Assembly (NCBI GenBank): GCA_963817915.1
Contig: CAWFQL010000017.1
Span: 160,001-224,000 of the forward strand
Source of the DNA: an uncultured candidate division Zixibacteria bacterium
GTDB taxonomy: Bacteria > Zixibacteria > MSB-5A5 > UBA10806
Direction of reading: 5' to 3'
Length of the DNA: 64,000 nt
Shown: piece after piece, positions 34,201 through 42,817 of the stretch
How positions within the stretch are numbered: position 1 is the first letter of the stretch
How the letters are laid out: every line of letters starts with the position of its first letter
The notes under the pieces: generated by a model
What the model saw: the letters and a program-made list of their open reading frames with translations, nothing else
Databases searched by the model: none
What the model was told of the DNA's origin: nothing
Made by a program: the position numbers and the translations under genes

Positions 34201-35116
34201 ATCTACCAGCCATGCTTTCGAGATTGCCGGGAATTTTCCCGGGAATTCTATTTATTCCGGCGGCGGTTCCGATATTCAATTAGCTCTCAAACAGGAATTG
34301 ATTCAAAAGAAAGTAATAATCGATATAAGCGAAATAGCCGATTTGCGCGGCGTAAAATCAGAGGGCAATTCGCTGTTGATAGGCTCCATGACTACGCTAG
34401 ATGATTTGATATCTACTACGGCTGTCAATGATTCTTATCCTCTTTTAATTGCCGCGGCAAGGAGCATAGCCTCGCCCGTGATTCGCGTAACCGCCACAGT
34501 CGGCGGCAATCTTCTGGTTGCTAATCGCTGTATGTTTTACAATCAATCGGAATTCTGGCGCAATGCAGCGGGTTCATGTCTCCGCGACAGGGGTGATTCC
34601 TGCCTTGCGACCGGCGGACATAGCAAATGCTTTTCTCGCAATGTCTCCGATCTGGCGCCTGCCCTGATCGCCCTCGGCGCCAATGCGATTATTCAAAATA
34701 AAAAGGGCATCAATGAAATACCTGTTGAAGAGTTGTATGCGCCTGATGGAATCAATTTTCACACAAACCTGAATGATGACGCCATTCTGATTGGAGTCCG
34801 ATTGAATAATTCCAATCTTCCCTGGCAATTTCACAAGCTTCGACGAAGAGAGAGCATCGATTTTACATCGCTCACGATTGCCGCATCGATTCATAGAGAT
34901 GACAGAATCAAAATATGTCTTAACGGCGTCTCAATGTCGCCTGTCGCGTACTCCGCCGATTTGCGGGGATGGAGTCTTGAAGAGGCTTACAAGAAAATTA
35001 TAACGTCATGCAGAATAGTAAACAATGATCTAATGCCGTTGAAATACCGCAGAGAAATGATCAAAGTATATTTGAAAAATATAGAGGATAACCTGATTAA
35101 AAAAATAAGGTCATGA
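34172..35116 (+). CDS. hcrB: 4-hydroxybenzoyl-CoA reductase beta subunit (FAD, [4Fe-4S] insert)
   Basis: ATVGGNL followed by the four-Cys insert RC.FYNQS.FWR....SCL....DSC........C; KLRRRESIDF. Confidence 0.82.
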   Translation: MSESQYIKAKSTSHAFEIAGNFPGNSIYSGGGSDIQLALKQELIQKKVIIDISEIADLRGVKSEGNSLLIGSMTTLDDLISTTAVNDSYPLLIAAARSIASPVIRVTATVGGNLLVANRCMFYNQSEFWRNAAGSCLRDRGDSCLATGGHSKCFSRNVSDLAPALIALGANAIIQNKKGINEIPVEELYAPDGINFHTNLNDDAILIGVRLNNSNLPWQFHKLRRRESIDFTSLTIAASIHRDDRIKICLNGVSMSPVAYSADLRGWSLEEAYKKIITSCRIVNNDLMPLKYRREMIKVYLKNIEDNLIKKIRS

Positions 35117-35170
35117 TTAAATTTGAAGTATTAATTACCCTTTTAGGATAGTATATCTGGAGGAATCTAA

Positions 35171-36382
35171 ATGAAAAACATCCCCGCGTCATATAAAAAA
35201 GCGCGAATACCTTATGGGACTTGGGGAAGCAGCTACTTCCCCGCCTGGCAGACATCGCCGCTGGCCGAGGTCAATATCGGGCAATTCGCGGGCGAATCGA
35301 TGAATCGCATTTTGGGCATGAAAAAAGTCCCCAAGAGCAATTTGGATTTCTTGGTCATCGGCTCGACCATTCCCTGGCATTGGAAATTCTGGACCGCGCC
35401 GATGGTGGCAAGTTGTATCGATCATCGAATCCCAGGTTACCATGTCGAACAGGCATGCGCCACAGGTTTGCAGGCTGTGATGGTTGCCGCATCCGAAGTC
35501 GAAAGCGGCTCCCATGATGTTGTCGGTGTGCTTACTTTCGATCGCACATCCGATTCGCCTGTAGGTGTTTTCCCCGAACGGCGCTCTTATCAGCGCACGC
35601 AAGCCTTAGCCGATGTCTGGGATAATTTCGGCTTTGATCCTGCTACGGGGAAGGCGATGATGACATGTGCTGGACTGGCCGCCCGAAAATACCGCACTGA
35701 CAAACGAGAAGTAGATGAGCTTACCGCTTATCGCTATGACCAATATTTCAATGCCAAAAACAGCGGCTTTTTGAAAAAAGTTCTGGTGCCATTGGAAATT
35801 CTCAATCTACAGGGAAAATCAATGGGCTGGATTGATGATGATCTGGGCGTTCGGCAATTATCATTGGATAGCCTGCTTTCGATGCGCGAGCTCGATACCT
35901 GTATTACGCCGGGCACACAGACCCACGCTTCGGATGGCATGGCGACGTTGCTTGTTACCGATTCCGAAAAAGCGAAACAAATCAGTTTAAGACCCGAAAT
36001 CGATATCCAATTTATAGCCAAGACTGAAATTAGAACTTTTCCCAGCCTGATGCCGGAAGCTCCTGCTCTGGCAGTACAGAAGCTTCTCAAGCGAACAGGT
36101 TTGACAATGGCCGACATGACTGTAGTCAAAAATCATAATCCTTTCGCAGTTAATGATGTCATCTTCGCCAAGCTTTTGGAATACGATTGGAAGAAGATGA
36201 ATAATACCGGCTGTCCATTGGTCTGGGGGCATCCGCAGGGACCGACTTTGACAAGGGTCATAATCGAGGCCTTGGAAGAGGCTGTTGATATTGGCGGCGG
36301 CTATGTGCTTATATTTGGATGCGCTGCCGGTGATGTCGGTATCGCGGCTATTTTCAAAGTTGCCGACGGAGGTAAAAAATAA
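35171..36382 (+). CDS. Thiolase-family protein with atypical motifs
   Basis: QACATG, HASDG, NHNPFAVND, GHPQGPT, GCAAGD. Confidence 0.8.
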   Translation: MKNIPASYKKARIPYGTWGSSYFPAWQTSPLAEVNIGQFAGESMNRILGMKKVPKSNLDFLVIGSTIPWHWKFWTAPMVASCIDHRIPGYHVEQACATGLQAVMVAASEVESGSHDVVGVLTFDRTSDSPVGVFPERRSYQRTQALADVWDNFGFDPATGKAMMTCAGLAARKYRTDKREVDELTAYRYDQYFNAKNSGFLKKVLVPLEILNLQGKSMGWIDDDLGVRQLSLDSLLSMRELDTCITPGTQTHASDGMATLLVTDSEKAKQISLRPEIDIQFIAKTEIRTFPSLMPEAPALAVQKLLKRTGLTMADMTVVKNHNPFAVNDVIFAKLLEYDWKKMNNTGCPLVWGHPQGPTLTRVIIEALEEAVDIGGGYVLIFGCAAGDVGIAAIFKVADGGKK

Positions 36383-38463
36383 TGAAAACGATGAGACAAT
36401 CGACATTAGAGACACTGGGCCTCGGCAATGTCATAGATATATTCCGCAACGGTAAACTTCCGGCTAACACCGAATCGCTGGTAGATAATGTTTTCGGCGT
36501 ATCGAGCAAGCGCGGCGCATTGGTAATTTCCGGGGCCAATGGTATTGTCGGCGCGGGCAAGATGATGCAACTCGGTTCGAGACTCATACCGCATGGTGTT
36601 ACGGTAGTCGGCCTTGATTTTCCCGGCGCGCCCGATGGTATAGGCCGTCAGTATAAAGGTCTGAGAAATACATTCGGCCAGGCCAAAGCCGATGCTCTCA
36701 TGTCCGATATAATAAGATTCCATTACGATGGCCGCGCATTGCCATCGAGATTGCGCGAGCTTAATCCGCGATTTTTGCTGGAAGCTATCCCCGAAGTATT
36801 ATCAATCAAAAAAGCACATTACGCCGTATTTCGCGAGGCCTTTCCGGGGATCGAAATTCGTTCGGTGACTTCAGGATTTCCAAGTTCTGAGCTTGGAGTA
36901 GGAATCGCACATCCGTCATTCCCCCATGAAATAAACAAAATTTTTGAAATTGTTGAGACTAAGCCATCGCCGGTGACTCATCTTCTCTGGTCGATCGGGT
37001 TGATGCCGATTCCTGTAAGTGATCATTGGTCATTCGTGCTTGATGTTTTATTCTGCGGCCTGATGAATTCCGGGCTTCGTTATCATCACGCCTCGAATAT
37101 GCCTTATTGGAAAATCGATAAATATATTCGCCGGTCATTCGGTCCGAATCCTTTCAGGGCGCATGATGCTATCGGCGCCAAGGGAGCCAATTTCCTCACC
37201 TGGTCATGCCTGCATCATCTATCCGAAAAGTACGGTCCGCTCTTCACGCCAAGCGAGGAATTGGAATATCATAAAGAATCCGGCCAGGACTGGTATCCAT
37301 TGAACCATCTCCGCCCATTGGTTAATTGGACGATTTCTGAAAGCGAGGACGATGAATTCCAGAATTGGATATTGGGCCCGTTAGTTCAAATGACAACACT
37401 GATGCTTCATGAAAAACGATCTCACCTTTCGCATATCAATGCCATCGGTGAGCTCTGCGCGCAATTCCGCAAAGGAATTTTGGCCGTCATTCGAGATATT
37501 GGAGCCGATGCCGCTATCAAGAGGGTGGAGGCTTATCATAGGCTATATCCGCTGGCCGCTGGCAAATGCTGGTATCCCGACACACTCGGCCAGATCGAGC
37601 AGCCGCAATGGCAGCAGCTTTATGTCAACGCTGAATACGATGGCGCAGTCGGCGTGATAAGTATCAGTCGCGAAAGCTATAATTCCGATGTCGACGCCGA
37701 ACTAAATCGCGCGATCGATTGGCTTAAATCGGATAAAATTGAAAGCGTCATTGTGACCAACGACTTCCATCTTTCCACTCAAATGGTCGGCGCCGATACG
37801 GCGGAATTCTATCCGGCCCTGAAGGACACCGCCCGTGGTACCGCGATTTCAGCCGATTGGTCGAAAACGGCTCGCAGACTGCACGATGAATTTAAAGTCT
37901 CGGTCGGTTTCATCAATGGCAAACGCTGCTTGGGCGGTATGCTGGAGCTAATGATGCATTGTCATTATCTGATCGCACTCGAAGATGCGACTCTCGGAAT
38001 GCCCGAGGTTACACTGCCGGTAATCCCCGGTATGGAAGGATGCCATTGGCCGTTGCGTAAGGCGAAAAAGGATGACCAATCCAAGATCCTCGGAATGCTC
38101 CTAACTGGTGAATATGTGAAAGCCAAAACCGCAGTCGGATGGCTCCTGGATTTCGCGGGTTCAATCGATGATTGTTTGAAGACTGCGTGGAATATCGCCA
38201 GCGGAAGCAAACATGATATCAAATCTCGTACTCTAAATCAGAATGCTTTCGATGTATCCCTAAATGGCAGTCTGCGACCCGCGAATAATGTTGTTACCGA
38301 TGCCGCCCGCAAGGCGATATTCGAATGTATCCAGCAATCGTGCGCCGCTACGCTGGGTGAAGCATTGAAGATCCAGGCACGCCATTCAGGCTCATTTATG
38401 GCTGGAAAATATTGCAATGATGGAGCAATAGGCGCTGACGCTTCCAAGGTGCTTTCAGTTTAG
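36382..38463 (+). CDS. 3-hydroxyacyl-CoA dehydrogenase / enoyl-CoA hydratase fusion (HAD N-terminal, crotonase C-terminal)
   Basis: GANGIVGAG, LEAIPE, then VGAD, CLGGMLEL, GMPEVTLPVIPG. Confidence 0.8.
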   Translation: MKTMRQSTLETLGLGNVIDIFRNGKLPANTESLVDNVFGVSSKRGALVISGANGIVGAGKMMQLGSRLIPHGVTVVGLDFPGAPDGIGRQYKGLRNTFGQAKADALMSDIIRFHYDGRALPSRLRELNPRFLLEAIPEVLSIKKAHYAVFREAFPGIEIRSVTSGFPSSELGVGIAHPSFPHEINKIFEIVETKPSPVTHLLWSIGLMPIPVSDHWSFVLDVLFCGLMNSGLRYHHASNMPYWKIDKYIRRSFGPNPFRAHDAIGAKGANFLTWSCLHHLSEKYGPLFTPSEELEYHKESGQDWYPLNHLRPLVNWTISESEDDEFQNWILGPLVQMTTLMLHEKRSHLSHINAIGELCAQFRKGILAVIRDIGADAAIKRVEAYHRLYPLAAGKCWYPDTLGQIEQPQWQQLYVNAEYDGAVGVISISRESYNSDVDAELNRAIDWLKSDKIESVIVTNDFHLSTQMVGADTAEFYPALKDTARGTAISADWSKTARRLHDEFKVSVGFINGKRCLGGMLELMMHCHYLIALEDATLGMPEVTLPVIPGMEGCHWPLRKAKKDDQSKILGMLLTGEYVKAKTAVGWLLDFAGSIDDCLKTAWNIASGSKHDIKSRTLNQNAFDVSLNGSLRPANNVVTDAARKAIFECIQQSCAATLGEALKIQARHSGSFMAGKYCNDGAIGADASKVLSV

Positions 38464-38482
38464 GTAGATTTTATATTGATAT

Positions 38483-38513
38483 AAAGGCGGCATCATTCGA
38501 TACCGCCTTTTTT
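38483..38513. terminator. Bidirectional intrinsic terminator closing the aromatic cluster
   Basis: AAAGGCGG...CCGCCTTTTTT between convergent genes. Confidence 0.8.
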
Positions 38514-38541
38514 GTTGAATATTTGCGATTGAATTTCAAAT

Positions 38542-39042
38542 TTATTCTTGAGCTGATCGCGTATCGATTTCCATAATTCTTGCGTCTCGCTCGCCAAGGA
38601 ATTCTACCCTAAATTGATTCACCAATTCCTCTCGGACTACAATATACAATCGCGCGATATCCGAATTGAGCAATGCTCTGATGCTTGCCGCGTGTCCCTG
38701 GCCGTTTAGCTCCATCGGTCCGGCTTCATCGAGAAATACAACTCCGCCGGATTTGAAATTCATCAAAGCATTTTCAGCAAACTGGAATGCCTTTTCCGAA
38801 AAGTAGAACTTTCCAAATTCAATATTACCTTTGGCAAATGGTCTAGGTCTCGCCAACGGCATCGCAATTTCACTGGCAATATTAACTACATCATAACCGA
38901 TTTTGGCTTTGCCGCTAAATATGCCCGGGGCAATGATCCCCGTTGGGAAATTGCCTTCTCGCTTTTCTTTTTCTATGAGCTGTTTTAGAAATGTGGTCTT
39001 ACCGGAATTAATTTTTCCGGTAACTATAATAATTTCAGGCAT
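38542..39042 (-). CDS. THEP1/DUF2478-like P-loop NTPase
   Basis: GKINSGKTT, FLDEAGPMEL.G.G, IVVRE. Confidence 0.8.
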   Translation of the reverse strand: MPEIIIVTGKINSGKTTFLKQLIEKEKREGNFPTGIIAPGIFSGKAKIGYDVVNIASEIAMPLARPRPFAKGNIEFGKFYFSEKAFQFAENALMNFKSGGVVFLDEAGPMELNGQGHAASIRALLNSDIARLYIVVREELVNQFRVEFLGERDARIMEIDTRSAQE

Positions 39043-39056
39043 TCAAAGAATTATGA

Positions 39057-39759
39057 TTAGAAACCATTCGAAACAGCAAACGCGCAAATCGCCCAGCAGA
39101 ACGCCGCAATCGCGGTCGCGCCGATATAAATGTATCGCCCTCTGTTTTGAATCATTTCCTCGATTCTTGCCTTTGATTTTTCTGCTACAAGCCAGCCAAC
39201 CGGGAATAGTACCGCCGAAAATGCAGTCCAGCTTAGGCTCTCTTTTCCCAGATATGAAAAGAATCCCGAAAATGAATTGAATGACATCAGGTAATTGCAG
39301 GGTGTCACATGCATTCCGATAAAATAAAAGGCTATCGAGCTCACAAACGCCGCCGAGCCCCCGGCCAGCCATCGCCATCCCGAATTATTCTGTATTTTCT
39401 TCAATGCCATTCCGGTGATTGCCGCCAATGCGCCATATTCCATCATCACCGCGACACATGAATTCATCTTGCACATCACCGAAACTCCAAGAATCGGCGC
39501 GGATAATTGTTTAATAACTATCGCAAGAAGACCTATCCAAATAGCCATCATCGGCCGTCCAAAAAGAACCAAGCCCGAATGCTATAATGCCGAATCCGAG
39601 CCCTGTCAAAAGACCCGATGTAACCGGGAAACCGGCCTTGCGAAGCAAACCGCCAAGGATAACTTCAATGAATCCGCAAAGTGAGCCCAAAACTATTATG
39701 GCAATAATTCTGCCTTTGGTGCTATTTAACCCTTCATTCTTACTTTCAAGATTATTCAT
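39057..39759 (-). CDS. Multi-pass membrane protein (ECF S-component-like), split by +1 frameshift near 39575
   Basis: About six hydrophobic helices, LGSLCGFIEVILGG N-terminus; two ORFs join after removing one base. Confidence 0.55.
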
Positions 39760-39889
39760 TTCACCCCTTTGTTATCGTTGGTGAACAGCCAAATAAACAA
39801 GAACAATTCTTATCTAAAATTAAGGGAACAACATTTAAATGGCAAGCCCTTTTGTGATAATATTCAATTTATATGGAAAGAAACGTAAT

Positions 39890-39940
39890 AAAATCAAAAC
39901 CCGGAATGAAGTATCTACTACCTCATCCCGGGCTTATTTT
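39890..39940 (-). terminator. Intrinsic terminator
   Basis: Minus strand reads CCCGGGATGAGGTA-loop-TACTTCATTCCGGG followed by TTTTG. Confidence 0.6.
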
Positions 39941-39997
39941 GTCGAAAAGGTTCAAGGCATTTTTATAAACGCCTTGGCTGATTTAATCGAATGCCTC

Positions 39998-40219
39998 TTA
40001 GCGCACCGCATCCTTGGCCACTGGAGCCTGTTCTACTTGCTGCGATGGTTCGGCATTTGCGGTCCTTACCGAATCTCTATAGGAGGAGCTAAGATAACCG
40101 TACCCATTCTCGCCGCCACCGGTAGCGCCCAGTGTATTATTGCCCACTCTATTGCCGCATCCTGCAATTATCAAAATGCCCAATAGCGCTAATGCGATTA
40201 CTATTTTTAAATATCTCAT
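39998..40219 (-). CDS. Small lipoprotein
   Basis: Lipobox IAGC after a hydrophobic signal; GGAG RBS. Confidence 0.65.
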   Translation of the reverse strand: MRYLKIVIALALLGILIIAGCGNRVGNNTLGATGGGENGYGYLSSSYRDSVRTANAEPSQQVEQAPVAKDAVR

Positions 40220-40241
40220 TTATTTAATTCTCCCGTTTGGC

Positions 40242-41405
40242 TCAGAAGCTATAGGTTATGGATAGTCTATTGGCTAACACATTTGAGTATCCGCTGATAA
40301 TATATGGGCCATCGAAAAACATGCGTTCATTAATCGAGGCGTCCAGCGCGAAACTGCCGAAATTCAGCCCGAGACCAAATGAAACATTGAAATTGCTCTC
40401 GTCGAATGATCTTTCGCGCGATCTTCCGGGAAATGCGGGACCGGTCTGCTTTTCCGTAATCTTCTGGAAAACCTGGGCTGCGCCTATTCTGCCAATCAGC
40501 CACGGACGGATCTTCGATTCGACACCCATATACAATGCCGGCAAAGTCCGAGCTGTGTTTTCGAATCCGTCCTGTAATGTATCCTTGGGCTCTTCCTTGA
40601 TCTTGGATATTCCTAAAACCTCTAAGCCCAATACGAAAAGATTGTTATCGTTGATTTGACGATTTACCCCGACGCCAATACCGAAATTCAATCTGCTGTA
40701 GTCAATTTGGGATGATGGTGTTGGGTTTGGTGTGTCTTTGGTTGAAGTCGACGATGTGTAGAATGTAACCAATGGTACCAATTTCGTCTGTTCGCCGTAA
40801 AAATAGCGGGCATTGGCGCCGAATCCGGTTCCACTCCATTTGCGCGAGAGAGTATCGCGTTCCCATTTGGCTGACGGCATATCCAATAACAGGCCGACAT
40901 CCATCTTTTCATTGCTGATACCAGCCGCTACCGCGAAGTATCTGGCCGATTCGTCAATTTTCAATATGCCTGTATCGGGGCTGGTATAGCCATCGAAGCC
41001 CAATGATACGCGAAGCCCAAGGTCAAAATTCGTCATTTGCATTCCGAAGAGAACATCCGATGTATAATTTAAGGCTACGTCAGGCGCGACGCCGACTGGT
41101 ATTGCGTAAGAGATTGGCCGATTCAAGTACACGCCCAAAACCTTGTCTTTTGCCCACGGGTATTGAACTCCGACTGTGTAGCTGTTATCGTCGCCACGTG
41201 ATCTCAACTCTCCCACTATTTGACCCTTGTATTTATAAATAGTCCCGGGGAAGAAAAATATGTTGGAATTGTCGTTGGTATAAAATCCAATTCCCCCCAT
41301 AGAGCTGACTCGGGTTTCTGTCGCGTAGACAGAGCTTGCCGCGATTAGCAGGACGAGTGCCATCAGAAAGCAGTACTTAAAAGATGTTTGGTACTTCATT
41401 ATCAA
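40242..41405 (-). CDS. Outer-membrane beta-barrel protein
   Basis: Signal peptide, amphipathic beta strands, C-terminal ITYSF. Confidence 0.75.
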   Translation of the reverse strand: MIMKYQTSFKYCFLMALVLLIAASSVYATETRVSSMGGIGFYTNDNSNIFFFPGTIYKYKGQIVGELRSRGDDNSYTVGVQYPWAKDKVLGVYLNRPISYAIPVGVAPDVALNYTSDVLFGMQMTNFDLGLRVSLGFDGYTSPDTGILKIDESARYFAVAAGISNEKMDVGLLLDMPSAKWERDTLSRKWSGTGFGANARYFYGEQTKLVPLVTFYTSSTSTKDTPNPTPSSQIDYSRLNFGIGVGVNRQINDNNLFVLGLEVLGISKIKEEPKDTLQDGFENTARTLPALYMGVESKIRPWLIGRIGAAQVFQKITEKQTGPAFPGRSRERSFDESNFNVSFGLGLNFGSFALDASINERMFFDGPYIISGYSNVLANRLSITYSF

Positions 41406-41675
41406 TTTTCTCCTTCAGTATCTAAAATATGGTTACAGTTTTTGACTGATGATTTTGGTTTTTGTCTCACCCCTCCTTTTCTATTCATGCCTTGCCCTTC
41501 CTGGCGTCGGCATTTCGAAAGTTCAGGGGATTTTATATGATGAATTTGAAAAATTCAATATATTTTTTGCAAAAATGCCTTATTCCAAAAGCAATCTCAA
41601 GAGGCAGCTTATTATATGTAAATGGCAAAGATTATTATTTGACTTTAGGATCAAAGTGAATGATAATTTAATCCA

Positions 41676-42620
41676 TTGAATACTCGAATTAAAAATAAAT
41701 GGCCGATCACATTCTCTTATTTTTTTATAATTATCACTACGACAGCGGTAGCCGGCGACCTGACTGCGGATTCAGCATCAATACACAAAAATCTATTGTT
41801 CCTGACCAGCATTGAGCAGCCCAGATATATTGACAACATCAAGTCACTTGATCGGGCCGCAAATTTTATCGAGATACAATTTAGATCATATTCCTCCAGA
41901 GTCGAAATACAAGAATTCGAAGTGTCGTCCGGCAAAGTTAAGAATATCATCGCATCATTCGGCCCTGAAGAAGCTCCACGAATAATTGTCGGCGCCCATT
42001 ATGATGTGGAAGGCGATCAGCCAGGTGCCGATGACAACGCCAGCGGTGTTGCGGGCCTTATCGATTTGGCCAGGCTGTTATCAACTTATCCTGAATCTCT
42101 TCAGAAACGCATCGACCTGGTAGCCTATACTCTCGAAGAACCGCCATTCTTCAGAACCGAGAAAATGGGAAGTTTCATTCATGCCAAATCGCTTCATGAT
42201 AAGGGTATCAAAATTGAATTAATGATTTCGTTAGAAATGATAGGCTATTTTACAGATCAACCAGGCTCGCAATCATATCCAAGTAAGATTTTGGGCTGGT
42301 TTTATCCTGATCAGGGGAATTTTATTTCGGTGGTTTCCAATTTTAAATCCCATTTTATGGCGGGAAAGTTTACCAAGAGAATGAAGAAAAATTGCATCAT
42401 ACCTATCGAAAGATTGACTGCGCCGACTTTTGTTCAGGGCGTTGATTTCTCCGATCATCTCAATTATTGGCACTTCGGATATAAAGCGTTAATGATCACC
42501 GATACAGCATTTCTTAGAAATCCAAACTACCACAAGAAAACTGATAAGCCTGAGACTCTAGATTATTGGAAATTATCGGAGGTTATTAACGGTGTCTGCT
42601 ATGCAATTATTCATTTGTGA
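41676..42620 (+). CDS. M28-family peptidase
   Basis: GAHYD, PGADDNASG, LEEPP, SDH, YH...D. Confidence 0.9.
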   Translation: MNTRIKNKWPITFSYFFIIITTTAVAGDLTADSASIHKNLLFLTSIEQPRYIDNIKSLDRAANFIEIQFRSYSSRVEIQEFEVSSGKVKNIIASFGPEEAPRIIVGAHYDVEGDQPGADDNASGVAGLIDLARLLSTYPESLQKRIDLVAYTLEEPPFFRTEKMGSFIHAKSLHDKGIKIELMISLEMIGYFTDQPGSQSYPSKILGWFYPDQGNFISVVSNFKSHFMAGKFTKRMKKNCIIPIERLTAPTFVQGVDFSDHLNYWHFGYKALMITDTAFLRNPNYHKKTDKPETLDYWKLSEVINGVCYAIIHL

Positions 42621-42638
42621 GAATTTTTCGATTTTATC

Positions 42639-42709
42639 CTGGGGGACAGGGATTTGAACCCCGATACTCAGATCCAGAGTCTGATGTCCTGCCGTTGGAC
42701 GATCCCCCA
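42639..42709 (-). tRNA. tRNA-Gln (anticodon CTG), CCA not encoded
   Basis: Reverse complement TGGGGGA...TCAGA-CTCTGGA-TCTGA...GGTTCAAATCC...TCCCCCAG; U1-A72 pair. Confidence 0.95.
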
Positions 42710-42817
42710 TTCAAATAGAATGTCTTTTGATAAGCTGTGCAACTTAAAGGGGGGAAGTACGCTGCAACAGGCCTTCAAAAGACAATCACTATTTATATAC
42801 CTAATCCTGAAAAAATG

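Noticed and set aside
31427..35116. Generic xanthine or CO dehydrogenase
   Set aside because: The four-Cys insert in the FAD subunit and the bcr context favour 4-hydroxybenzoyl-CoA reductase, though the substrate is untested
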